NCBI GenBank assembly: GCA_037143235.1
Contig: JBAWZC010000002.1
Location: 47,186 to 111,185, forward strand
Length of the DNA: 64,000 nucleotides
Direction of reading: 5' to 3'
From: Candidatus Berkelbacteria bacterium
GTDB taxonomy: Bacteria > Patescibacteriota > UBA1384 > XYA2-FULL-43-10 > 1-14-0-10-43-13
This document shows positions 18,216 to 27,505 of this stretch, piece by piece; positions within the stretch are counted from its first letter, which is position 1; each line of letters starts with the position of its first letter. The position numbers were made by a program, and so were the translations under genes. The notes beneath the pieces are model-generated. The model made no database searches. It was not told the origin of the DNA and was given only the letters and a program-made list of their open reading frames with translations.

Positions 18216-18339
18216 GGATTCCTTGTTTCTATTACCCCGGATTTAATCCGGCATCTATTTAATGTTTCTCTGGATCCTGAATCAAGTTCAGGATGACATA
18301 CATTTTTTTGTCCCGCATAGCCCGTAGGGCGACGTGAGA

Positions 18340-18414
18340 TGGAGCCGATGGAGGGAATCGAACCCGCAACCTTCACTTTACAAAAGTGTTGCTCTACCAT
18401 TGAGCTACATCGGC
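18340..18414 (-). tRNA. tRNA-Thr(TGT)
   Basis: GCCGATG...TTGTAA...GGTTCGATTCC...CATCGGCTCCA cloverleaf. Confidence 0.93.
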
Positions 18415-19010
18415 ATTTTAAATTTTTCTATCCACCCAACAATAACCTTAAGCAAATTCTTGTCGGAATATCTCAAAGAGGCCGTCCCATACTTTGATAT
18501 TTTCTTGTAACTTCCATTTGAATGGGCGTGACAATATGTTTTGCTAAACTGGCTTGTGGGAATTTTCGTACGATCAGACCAATATTTTTTCAGCTCTATC
18601 TCGTTTTGGTCATCGTATATATGAAGCAATAACCTAAGCCTCTGCTCCGACACTCCACATATCTCTCTCAAAAAACGAAGGAAATAACTCACCATATTAG
18701 GATCACTGTTGCTAAAAACAACACTATTGCCGTCTTTCGTGCCCTCGCCCCAGTACAGCATAACTCCAGCTATGCGCAAAACCTCTTGTTCTGGAGTTAA
18801 ATTTGTCAACACATTGCAAGAGTGTCTTCCAAATTTTGTTTCATGCAACAATCGACTTGCACTACTGTGATCCCTTCTGGGAACATTGCCAGCTATCAGC
18901 ACCTGATTTATACGAGACGATCCGATTCCAATTTTATCAGAAATTTGCTTGACTGAAAAACCAGACTGGTACATTTCAACGATTAATTTTGTTTCATGCA
19001 TACTTAACAT
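18405..19010 (-). CDS. HTH plus LAGLIDADG-like protein
   Basis: N-terminal HTH; AGVMLYWGEGTK, FSNSDP motifs; stop codon lies inside tRNA-Thr. Confidence 0.75.
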   Translation of the reverse strand: MLSMHETKLIVEMYQSGFSVKQISDKIGIGSSRINQVLIAGNVPRRDHSSASRLLHETKFGRHSCNVLTNLTPEQEVLRIAGVMLYWGEGTKDGNSVVFSNSDPNMVSYFLRFLREICGVSEQRLRLLLHIYDDQNEIELKKYWSDRTKIPTSQFSKTYCHAHSNGSYKKISKYGTASLRYSDKNLLKVIVGWIEKFKMPM

Positions 19011-19059
19011 AACAATGTTATACCAGACCTACTGTTATGCAACAACTATTTGAGTCGAG

Positions 19060-19145
19060 TGGTGCTGGGAGCAGGATTCGAACCTACGAAGGCATAAGCC
19101 GCCTGATTTACAGTCAGGTGCATTTGACCGCTTTGCTATCCCAGC
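19060..19145 (-). tRNA. tRNA-Tyr(GTA)
   Basis: CCTGA-CTGTAAA-TCAGG anticodon arm, long variable arm, encoded CCA. Confidence 0.95.
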
Positions 19146-19373
19146 ATGCATCTCGCATTTCACCATTTCATCACTTTTTCATTTAAACATTTATAAATAA
19201 ATGACTAAATGATTAATTGATTAAATGGATGCATTTGGCCCTTCGACAAACTCAGGGTCATTCGACTTTACGACCAAGTTAATTAACTCACAGAATGGTT
19301 CACCATCCCTCGACCATGAGCCTCTCGGGATCGAATGGTGAGCGAGAGACCAGATTGTTGGTCTCGAGTCGAA

Positions 19374-19449
19374 TGGAGCCGTTGACGGGAATTGGACCCG
19401 TGACCTCGCCCTTACCAAGGGCGTGCTCTACCAACTGAGCTACAACGGC
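19374..19449 (-). tRNA. tRNA-Thr(GGT)
   Basis: GCCGTTG/CAACGGC acceptor, anticodon loop TTGGTAA, encoded CCA. Confidence 0.93.
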
Positions 19450-19623
19450 GCTAGGCAACTGACGAGCAGGCCTGCCAACTGCTCCGCATCAGCCTATGGT
19501 TGAGCAGGAGTCCCTGCTTCCACACAGTGGAATGCGGGAAGCTACAACGGCGGGAGTGGTCGACAACGACAACAAAAAAAATTATAGCATTTTATCCGCT
19601 TTCATTCAACCTCTGTCAGAAAT

Positions 19624-20349
19624 TTATTTCATTCTGGCAACATTCGCATGCGAACGCATTTTTTCTTCAGCCATATTGGCTAATTCTTTGTAATCTTTAT
19701 TGTCTATATCCAAACTTGCAGCCCGCTTCAAAGCTTTCGATGCCTTTGCGAACTGTCTCACTTCCAGATAGGCTTCGCCGAGCTGCGCTAACCACTCAGG
19801 CTGAGTCCTACCGAGACCAACCGCGCTCTGTAAATATTCGATCGCACCGGTATAATTTTCATTTTTCAACTCGATTCGCCCAAGCCAAAAATATGTTTCA
19901 CCGATTTCATGATTGCATTTCAAAGAAGCTTTCAAGGATTCCTTGGCTTCCTCGAAATTACCACGAGAAAAAGCAACCTTACCCACCATTAAATAGGCAC
20001 TAGCGCAGCGCTTGCTACGGTTCAGTGCATCAATAGCCAATTCTTCGGCGACTCTCAGATCATTATTATTGTATGCGTCTGTTGCTTGCATCAAGATACC
20101 TGCCAGTTCTGGATCAGACTCGGCAAATGCCTTCTGGGCGTTTTCGATCTCCACTGGCGCAATCATCGGCTCACTCTTACCCAAAACTGCTTCCTCAATC
20201 TCAGACAGAGCAATCAGCTTGCGCCTCTTGCGAAATAAATCCCAAAAACGAAACTTCTTTTTAGGACCGTCAGGATTGGTTTCCGGAAAATGGCGGAGCA
20301 ATAAGAACAGCGCCGCGGCCAAACAAACTATGATTATTATTTCGTACAT
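19624..20349 (-). CDS. Membrane-anchored TPR protein
   Basis: N-terminal TM; repeated AY..LG..../A...L..A TPR pattern. Confidence 0.85.
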   Translation of the reverse strand: MYEIIIIVCLAAALFLLLRHFPETNPDGPKKKFRFWDLFRKRRKLIALSEIEEAVLGKSEPMIAPVEIENAQKAFAESDPELAGILMQATDAYNNNDLRVAEELAIDALNRSKRCASAYLMVGKVAFSRGNFEEAKESLKASLKCNHEIGETYFWLGRIELKNENYTGAIEYLQSAVGLGRTQPEWLAQLGEAYLEVRQFAKASKALKRAASLDIDNKDYKELANMAEEKMRSHANVARMK

Positions 20350-21134
20350 TCTGCCTCCATGTATCCTTTCTCACCAAGATACACCGTTACACTATTTTTT
20401 AAAATGTTTTGTGAAACAATCTTGCCGACACCCTTGGAAGTTTTGTATTGAGTCCCGATCGCTGGCATCTTCTTCTTAGCTTCGACATAGCCTTCGAGCT
20501 CATGACGCAAGCAGCACATCACCTTACCACAAGATCCAGTCACTCTTCCTGGCCCCATCTGACCGAGATTTTGTACGGCTGCCATATCCAGCGTCGCTCC
20601 GTCAAGATTGCCTTTCATAAATCTCTTGCAACAATATTCTTCACCACAGCGTCCGATACCGCCAACACACTTTGCTCGTTCTCGTGCACCAACCTGTTGC
20701 AAGCGAATTAATTTGTGAAAACTTGAAGCTAACTCCGAAACCATCGAACGAAAATCAACTCGTCCTGGGGCAGTAAAATAAAAAGTTAATTTCTTGTCAT
20801 CAAAGGATAGATCAGCGTCCGCGAGCTCCATCGGTAGATTGTGGCGAAGAATTATTTCTCGACAAGTCGCGATATTACTTCTGGCACTTTTTTGCTTCTC
20901 GATATCGTGAGCCTCATCTTTTTCATTCACTCGGCGGATAATTGCAGTCGGCAAAATCGGATTTTTATTGTTTTCACTGTCAGAAACAGCACATTTTTTT
21001 GATATTACCTTGCCGATCTCCTGACACTGTTCATTTTCAAAGAGCACAGCTGTGCCCTCATCTATCTCCATCTTTTCGTCTTTGGTCTCAAATATCCGAC
21101 CATCGCTTCTAGCCCTAATATAATATGTGCTCAT
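20337..21134 (-). CDS. PSP1-domain protein (RicT/YaaT family)
   Basis: LTFYFTAPGRVDFR, GGIGRCGEEYCC, GSCGKVMCCL; follows holB. Confidence 0.9.
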   Translation of the reverse strand: MSTYYIRARSDGRIFETKDEKMEIDEGTAVLFENEQCQEIGKVISKKCAVSDSENNKNPILPTAIIRRVNEKDEAHDIEKQKSARSNIATCREIILRHNLPMELADADLSFDDKKLTFYFTAPGRVDFRSMVSELASSFHKLIRLQQVGARERAKCVGGIGRCGEEYCCKRFMKGNLDGATLDMAAVQNLGQMGPGRVTGSCGKVMCCLRHELEGYVEAKKKMPAIGTQYKTSKGVGKIVSQNILKNSVTVYLGEKGYMEAECTK

Positions 21135-21811
21135 ACCAAATCCCTTATTTTTAGATAAACATTCTCCAAGATCAGTCGCTGATTAGCATTTGTGGATAAC
21201 TTCTCAGTCGCCGCAAAGATCTCCCTGAGCGCGTCAGCATACTTTTCACTCTTAGATAATAGCATTTTTTTTTCAAAATGTCTTGTGATTTGCAGCATCA
21301 ATTCTTTGCTTCGCCCATCTTTTGCCAAAATATCGGCCTGAAGTGAAAATTGATAGAAATCTTTCTGGAAATACTCCACAAGATCACTTCCATCTCCGAT
21401 GCTTGTATTCTCAGAGATCAATCGACATCGGGAAACAATCGTCGGCAAGATAGCTAAAGTTTTGGCCGAAATGAAAAAATATGTATCAGCGGGAGGCTCT
21501 TCCAGCATCTTTAGCAAGACATTGCCAGACGCAGGATTTAACTGGTCAGTCTGCGGGATAATACCAATTTTTGCTGGACCGAAGGCTGATTGTGACATCT
21601 TTTGAACAAATATTTTTGCTGCCTCAGCCTTGATCTGAGTTTTATCATCCTCGGGATCATCGGATTCAAGCCGAAAAATATCCATCTTTTCGATACCATA
21701 ATGCGATATCAAAATTTCCGCCAGTTTATCGCTCATCTGTGACGAGCCCACAAACAAAAAAGCATGGAAATTGTCAGCCAGCCCAGTTTTGAATTTTTCT
21801 ATTATATCCAC
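21131..21811 (-). CDS. holB: DNA polymerase III delta-prime-like subunit
   Basis: NVLLKMLEEPP, ILPTIVSRC motifs. Confidence 0.85.
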   Translation of the reverse strand: MDIIEKFKTGLADNFHAFLFVGSSQMSDKLAEILISHYGIEKMDIFRLESDDPEDDKTQIKAEAAKIFVQKMSQSAFGPAKIGIIPQTDQLNPASGNVLLKMLEEPPADTYFFISAKTLAILPTIVSRCRLISENTSIGDGSDLVEYFQKDFYQFSLQADILAKDGRSKELMLQITRHFEKKMLLSKSEKYADALREIFAATEKLSTNANQRLILENVYLKIRDLV

Positions 21812-21906
21812 TTCCGTAAATTAGCAACTTTGGAGGCAAAAGACAATGACACTTTTACTATTTTCACTAAAATATGATAAAGTGAGATCACAACAAGGAA
21901 AGGACT

Positions 21907-22245
21907 ATGATGAATAAATCAGGTGTCAGCGAGGCCGATCTCGAAGAAAAAATCTTGATCTGCAAGGATTGCGGTAATAAATTTGCCTTTACCACAGGCG
22001 AACAAAAGTTTTTTATTGATAAGGGCCTACAAAATATCCCCAAGCGCTGCAAGCCATGCGCCGCAAAGTTCCGTGCTGCGCTACACGAAAAGCACCCTGT
22101 TTGGTGGATCAAATGTAAAAATTGTGGCAAAAAAGCCGAAGTTCCCTTTGAGCCTCTGAGCGAAGATATTTTGTGCGAGAGTTGTTTTGGCGCCGAGATT
22201 GAAAAAAGAGATAAAGCGATATCAGAGCTTAAAGACAAGAGCTAA
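21907..22245 (+). CDS. Zinc-ribbon protein (CxxC-x17-CxxC type)
   Basis: CKDC..FAFT.GEQ.F...PKRCKPC and CKNC...VPF.P...LCESC. Confidence 0.85.
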   Translation: MMNKSGVSEADLEEKILICKDCGNKFAFTTGEQKFFIDKGLQNIPKRCKPCAAKFRAALHEKHPVWWIKCKNCGKKAEVPFEPLSEDILCESCFGAEIEKRDKAISELKDKS

Positions 22246-22413
22246 ATCGACAAACCACAACCTAAACTTAAAATTATTATTTATTTTATTTTTTCTATTC
22301 TCCTTGTCATTCCCGCGCAGGCGGGAATCTACAAATAGTTGTATTATTCTGGATTCCTGCCGGAGTTTATCCTGAACTCGTTTCAGGGCAGGAATGACAA
22401 ACGAAGAAATAAC

Positions 22414-22447
22414 AAAAAAACTCCCGAGAGCAATCTCAGGAGTTTTT
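22414..22447 (-). terminator. Intrinsic terminator downstream of rpmB
   Basis: AAAAAAACTCCCGAGA-GCAA-TCTCAGGAGTTTTT. Confidence 0.7.
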
Positions 22448-22460
22448 GTTTTAGATCAAT

Positions 22461-22688
22461 TTATTTGACTGATTCAACCTCAGCTGTCTCAGCAGGAGCT
22501 ACAGTTTGAGCGGCATACGCTTGCTCATTTCTCAAATTTGTTTTGATAGTTTTCAAACATTTTGTACACAAGATAACGCCGTTAACCTTTTGCAGGTTAG
22601 CTTTAAATTGTCTCTTGGTATGAACCTTTGAGTGTGAAATATTACTACCGGCTGAAACGCCTTTTTTACAGATTAAACAATGAGCCAT
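22461..22688 (-). CDS. rpmB: 50S ribosomal protein L28
   Basis: CLICKKG...GSNISHS..HTKRQFKANLQ...LCTKCLK. Confidence 0.95.
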   Translation of the reverse strand: MAHCLICKKGVSAGSNISHSKVHTKRQFKANLQKVNGVILCTKCLKTIKTNLRNEQAYAAQTVAPAETAEVESVK

Positions 22689-22862
22689 TTGTGCCCTATT
22701 CTAAGCTAATTTTTTTTGATAAGATTGCTTTGTATCATCATAACTTATTCTTCGAGCGAATTTGATGAGTCGAGAAGTATATAATAGTTTTCAACGGACC
22801 CGAACAAGAATTTCGATACTTGCCAATATTAACACAATTTCAATTATATTTCAAGGACAAAT

Positions 22863-23501
22863 ATGCTTATACTCACACTGTTAGACAACCCGCTGGCTTT
22901 TGCCGCCTATATTCTCGCCCTGATCATCGGTTTCACTGTTCATGAATTTGCCCACGCTTTCGCCGCCAATCAGCTTGGCGATGATACGGCAAAACTGATG
23001 AGGCGATTAACTTTAAATCCCCTAGCCCACCTCGATCCGCTCGGGACTATCTTTCTACTAGCTTTTGGTTTTGGCTGGGGCAAACCAGTGGAGATAAACC
23101 CAAATCGTCTCAAAAGTCGCACCGACGAAATCATCGTCTCTCTTGCTGGCATCTTCGCAAATTTAGTTTTGGCCACACTTTTCTATCTACCAATCAGACT
23201 GGGTTTGATCGATACCAATTCACTTGCCTCAGTACTCCTTCATTTTATCGTCCTGATAAACTTATACCTTGCCGCTTTCAACATCCTGCCAATACCGCCA
23301 CTCGATGGTTCACATGTGATCAGCGTATTTTTGCCGATAATAACTAGAAATATAATTGCTTCACTGGGCACATATCTTCTACTGTTTATCTTGATCTTCA
23401 GCTCTTTTGGTGGTGGCGCTTCTCTCCTTAGTACTATTATGAACCCGATCGTCTCATTTTTCTCCCTGTTGACCACTGGCAACTCCTCTTTCGCTTTTTA
23501 G
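22863..23501 (+). CDS. Site-2 protease (M50 family)
   Basis: HEFAH and FNILPIPPLDG motifs. Confidence 0.93.
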   Translation: MLILTLLDNPLAFAAYILALIIGFTVHEFAHAFAANQLGDDTAKLMRRLTLNPLAHLDPLGTIFLLAFGFGWGKPVEINPNRLKSRTDEIIVSLAGIFANLVLATLFYLPIRLGLIDTNSLASVLLHFIVLINLYLAAFNILPIPPLDGSHVISVFLPIITRNIIASLGTYLLLFILIFSSFGGGASLLSTIMNPIVSFFSLLTTGNSSFAF

Positions 23502-23502
23502 C

Positions 23503-24969
23503 ATGAATAGAATCGCGAAATTTATGCAAAGATACGCCTTATTATTGGCAATCATGATTGTCACGATTTCGAGCTTTTCAATTTATTTTTTTCGTTACAA
23601 TGTGCCAAATTCACCCTACTGGGACGAAAACTACCACATCGCCTCAGCCGAAAAATATCTCACCGGGACTTTCTTTTTTGAACCACACCCGCCCCTCGGC
23701 AAGATGCTAATTGCCCTAGGCGAAAAGGTCACCCATTCGAACAGCGACATCGACAAATCCAGCTTCAACAATACTGATTTTATTAAAAACTTTCCAACGA
23801 ATTACAGTTTTTTTGGCGTCAGACTATTGCCAACAATTTTTGCTGTTATTGCTTCAATTCTGTTTTTTATCTTAATTTTTACTCTCACCAAAAGCATCAT
23901 TATTTCGCTCGCAACTTGGTTGTTTTATCTACTCGACACCGCCATCATCCTTCATTTTCGAGGTGCCATGCTCGACGGCATCCAAATCACATTTTCGCTC
24001 GCCGCTCTAATTTTCTTTGCAACTCTCGTACAGGATAAGACAAAATCATATTTTTGGAAAATGACATTTCTCGGACTTTTTGTCGGTTTGGCTGTTGCCA
24101 CCAAGCTAAATGGACTTTATCTCCTTTCTTTATATCTCTTTCTAATCCCATGGAAACAAATCAGACACATACTCAGCAGAGACTTTTGTCGAGAAATTAT
24201 AGCAATTTTTTATTCAATCTTGGTTGGTTGCCTTGTCGTCCTCTCAATCTATATCACCCACTTAGCGATTACCGAAAACATTGTCGACGACAGAACTTAC
24301 GAGCTCGACCAGACACCGATCGACATAGTGAAAAATGGTTACAAAAACCCAACTGATTATCTCACCATGACGGTCAAATATATTGAATATGAAAATAAGT
24401 ATAATACCAAAGTCCCAGCGCTAAACCTGACCAGCCCGACCGAAAACGGGAGCCCACCACTAACTTGGGCCTTCGGCATCAAACCGATCAGATATCGTTA
24501 CGACACTAACTTTGTCGATACTTCCTACCTATATTTGACACCCAATCCTGTGGTTTGGGGCATCGGTCTCATCGGCCTCATCCTATCGATTTCACTAATC
24601 ATCTCAAAATTCTTATTTAAACTAGAAGTGGTCGACAAGAAACTGTATAAACTGATTACTGTTTTCTGTTTTCTTTACTTGTCGTATATGGTTCCGATGT
24701 TTTTCATTTCCCGTGTTATGTACCTCTACCACTATATTCCAGCCCTCGTCATCTCAATCATCTTGTTTGGCCTAAATCTTGCTTATCTCCGGTCGATCTA
24801 TCGTCGCCGAGAAACAATTTTTACCATCGTGATTGCTCTGCTCATTGCGATGACGGTCTATGTTTTTTGTCTTTACAGCCCACTAGTTTATTACAAAAAA
24901 ATTAGTTGTCCAGAACTGAAAGGTCTCGAGATTAGTAAACTCTGGCAGATGAGCTGCCCAACCAAATGA
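23503..24969 (+). CDS. Protein O-mannosyltransferase-like (GT-C, PMT family)
   Basis: WDE.YH, HPPLGKMLIA, RVMYLYHYIPA; multi-TM. Confidence 0.85.
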   Translation: MNRIAKFMQRYALLLAIMIVTISSFSIYFFRYNVPNSPYWDENYHIASAEKYLTGTFFFEPHPPLGKMLIALGEKVTHSNSDIDKSSFNNTDFIKNFPTNYSFFGVRLLPTIFAVIASILFFILIFTLTKSIIISLATWLFYLLDTAIILHFRGAMLDGIQITFSLAALIFFATLVQDKTKSYFWKMTFLGLFVGLAVATKLNGLYLLSLYLFLIPWKQIRHILSRDFCREIIAIFYSILVGCLVVLSIYITHLAITENIVDDRTYELDQTPIDIVKNGYKNPTDYLTMTVKYIEYENKYNTKVPALNLTSPTENGSPPLTWAFGIKPIRYRYDTNFVDTSYLYLTPNPVVWGIGLIGLILSISLIISKFLFKLEVVDKKLYKLITVFCFLYLSYMVPMFFISRVMYLYHYIPALVISIILFGLNLAYLRSIYRRRETIFTIVIALLIAMTVYVFCLYSPLVYYKKISCPELKGLEISKLWQMSCPTK

Positions 24970-26474
24970 AATTACTCTATCACATTTTTTCATCGATAAT
25001 TGCCCTTGGCATTATCTTTTTTCTGATTACAGGCGGACACCAAGCAAGTACAACTTTGACCAAAGCAAATGAGTCAACGATTCCACAAAACAAAAAAGAA
25101 CTAGTCGCGACTCATTACTTCGTTCCAGTCACGAGTTTTGCTGACTATCGAACCAATATTTCCTCCACTGACCTTGGCAAACAAAACCTTTGTGCGAGCA
25201 TTGACGATAAACGATATTTGGAAAAGATTTTGCCAGATATGACGATATCATACTTTAATACGACGAAGATCAAACCAACTTTTGACAACAAAATTTGGTT
25301 GCTTTCGCCTGACGACATTGATTTTTCGATGAAAACATTGAAAATAGATAATCAAAATTTCTGGGACAAAGGTACTGATTTATCATTATATCCACTGAAA
25401 TCAACTGAGTTATCAGACACGAATACCGAAGCCAAAGACCTACGCGAACGATTTTTCGTTGGAGGCGAAATCATCCCTGCTCGAGCTGTCGATCGACTCG
25501 CTCTCAATAAATATAACAATTACACTTATCTTTTCGATTTCTTCCGACACGATATCGAAACTGCCGACCTTTCGCTGGCCATGTTGGAAAATCCCATTAG
25601 CGGCGACCCAGAGCCCTGCACTGGTTGTATGTCCTTTGTCGGCGATGAGAAAAATGCCGCCGGACTATCGACAGTTGGTTTTGATATGCTTAGTCTCGCC
25701 GGCAATCATGCTGGCGACGGCAATCAATCCGCTTACGCCCGAACTATTGAAGTTCTAAAAGCCGCCGGTATCGAAACAACCGGTACTGGCAAAAGTGACG
25801 AGGACAAGATTCGCCCAGCAATCAAGGTAGTCAACGGCCAGCGCATCGGCCTGATCGGCGCCGACAGCATCTCTAGCTACTACTGGAACAAGGGTACCAA
25901 TCGCTACGGCACGAACTGGTTTTCAAACCAAATGAATAACGGCACAGACCAAGATCGCGTCGACCTGATCAAAACACTAAAAGCACAATATCAGATCGAC
26001 TATCTCATCATCTATATGAGTTGGGGTATCGAGTACACCAATGTCGCCACCAAATTTCAGACCGATCTTGCCCACGATCTGATCGATCACGGCGCTGACC
26101 TGATTGTCTCAAGTCATCCACACTGGGTTCAAAATATGGAAATATACAAAGGCGTGCCGATCTTTTATGCTCTCGGCAATTTTATCTTTGATCAAACGCA
26201 TACCGACCCAACCAGAGAAGGAGTTGTCCTCAATCTTTACTATTACAATCACACACTGAAATCGATCGAAATTGTACCACATCTGACATGCAGTGTTCAC
26301 ATGACTTCGAACAATCTGACAGAAAAATATCTAAACGGTCAGATAGATAAAAATTTTCTCAGCTCTCATCCTGAGAATCAGGGCTGTGTCTATCTGCAAC
26401 CTCGAGCACTGACAAAATCAGACTCTCGCTACAAAGAAATACTCGACCGGATGATGCAATACACAAAATTCTAG
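24966..26474 (+). CDS. CapA/PgsA-family metallophosphatase-domain protein
   Basis: SLAGNHAGD, WGIEY, GADLIVSSHPHWVQ, YALGNFIFDQ. Confidence 0.88.
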   Translation: MKLLYHIFSSIIALGIIFFLITGGHQASTTLTKANESTIPQNKKELVATHYFVPVTSFADYRTNISSTDLGKQNLCASIDDKRYLEKILPDMTISYFNTTKIKPTFDNKIWLLSPDDIDFSMKTLKIDNQNFWDKGTDLSLYPLKSTELSDTNTEAKDLRERFFVGGEIIPARAVDRLALNKYNNYTYLFDFFRHDIETADLSLAMLENPISGDPEPCTGCMSFVGDEKNAAGLSTVGFDMLSLAGNHAGDGNQSAYARTIEVLKAAGIETTGTGKSDEDKIRPAIKVVNGQRIGLIGADSISSYYWNKGTNRYGTNWFSNQMNNGTDQDRVDLIKTLKAQYQIDYLIIYMSWGIEYTNVATKFQTDLAHDLIDHGADLIVSSHPHWVQNMEIYKGVPIFYALGNFIFDQTHTDPTREGVVLNLYYYNHTLKSIEIVPHLTCSVHMTSNNLTEKYLNGQIDKNFLSSHPENQGCVYLQPRALTKSDSRYKEILDRMMQYTKF

Positions 26475-26566
26475 TCTCAAATATTCAATGGCTCAGGGAT
26501 ATCTACCTGTGAGCCATTGAGCTTACTCCGTAGTAAGTGATCACTACCATATTCTTCTCTTTCGTC

Positions 26567-26619
26567 GTAGCCCAGACTTTAGTCTGTTTGCATTAGCAAC
26601 AAGCTGAAGCTTGGGCTAC
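26567..26619. repeat. Inverted REP doublet (REPIN-like)
   Basis: GTAGCCCAGACTTTAGTCTG ... CAAGCTGAAGCTTGGGCTAC. Confidence 0.85.
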
Positions 26620-26740
26620 GGTGAACAGTTACACTCCGCACTCTTGCATTTTTACCCTCTTTGCTCTACAATCACATCAATTCTCCAGGATGGACCACGG
26701 CTCAAGATGAGCAATGTCAAAACAAAGGAGAAGATGCACT

Positions 26741-27415
26741 ATGAGAACTCTAATCAAAGTAGTCGAGTATGTTCTAGAAACAAAACTCGACCATCCAATC
26801 AATATCCCACCGGGGATAACGAGGAAAGAGATTCTAGAAGTTTGTCCGACGGTCTGTGGCCAAGAAATATCAGAATTCCTGATGATGCGTGTCTGCTCGG
26901 ACAACAACGATGTGTTCGAAGGGGCATGCTGTTGTCCTCACTGGGATTTACTTCTGAAGGGCTCAGCGCTTCTGGGAATTGGAAGAGACAACATCGTCGA
27001 ATATGCAGAATTCTTCTGCGGGGAAGACGAAGAGAAGGTTGACACCCTCTCTGTCCTCTCTGGCCGGCGAGGCAGCGAATATCAAGCAAACTGCTACTGT
27101 CGACGATTGCTCCTTGCCCTTAAATTGGTGCAAGACGCAATGAAAACTCGGGAGCAACCACCAGATAACAGGATAGTTAACGAGCTGACTTCATCCGAAT
27201 TGTACGCTGCCGCATCCATTGCCGAGTTGCGAGAACTTGCCGAGTGTATACAGTGGGCGGAAGACGAAGAGAAAAAAAAGCTCCTCAACGAGATCATTCG
27301 CCGAATCAAGGGAGAAATACTCGTCACCGACGAGACGAGACTTCTCTCCACAGAGCCAGTTAAGACTGGCTGCCCGATAGCTCCCCAAAATCACTTTAAC
27401 GGTGTAGCAGCATAA
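26741..27415 (+). CDS. Hypothetical Cys-rich protein
   Basis: Long ORF followed by a terminator; no recognisable motif; start uncertain (26714 or 26741). Confidence 0.6.
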   Translation: MRTLIKVVEYVLETKLDHPINIPPGITRKEILEVCPTVCGQEISEFLMMRVCSDNNDVFEGACCCPHWDLLLKGSALLGIGRDNIVEYAEFFCGEDEEKVDTLSVLSGRRGSEYQANCYCRRLLLALKLVQDAMKTREQPPDNRIVNELTSSELYAAASIAELRELAECIQWAEDEEKKKLLNEIIRRIKGEILVTDETRLLSTEPVKTGCPIAPQNHFNGVAA

Positions 27416-27436
27416 CAGACACTGCGCACATTACAG

Positions 27437-27463
27437 AAACCCGGTCGCATTGCGGCCGGGTTT
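27437..27463. terminator. Hairpin between convergent genes
   Basis: AAACCCGGTCGCA-T-TGCGGCCGGGTTT. Confidence 0.65.
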
Positions 27464-27505
27464 GCCTGTATATTTTCAAATCAATTTATAACAACACGAA
27501 GAATT

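Noticed and set aside
17958-18400. ORF-track ORFs 17958-18296 (+) and 18191-18400 (-)
   Set aside because: Shadow frames over rpmG, a repeat and tRNA-Thr.
19238-19373. 3' half of an outer tRNA-Thr, i.e. a second fully nested tRNA
   Set aside because: The TTCGA motifs there belong to hairpin repeats, and no acceptor 3' strand complementary to GCCGTTG is present.
19221-20003. ORF-track ORFs 19221-19418, 19496-19693 and 19500-20003
   Set aside because: They overlap a tRNA, hairpin repeats or the antisense strand of the TPR gene, with no protein-like motifs.
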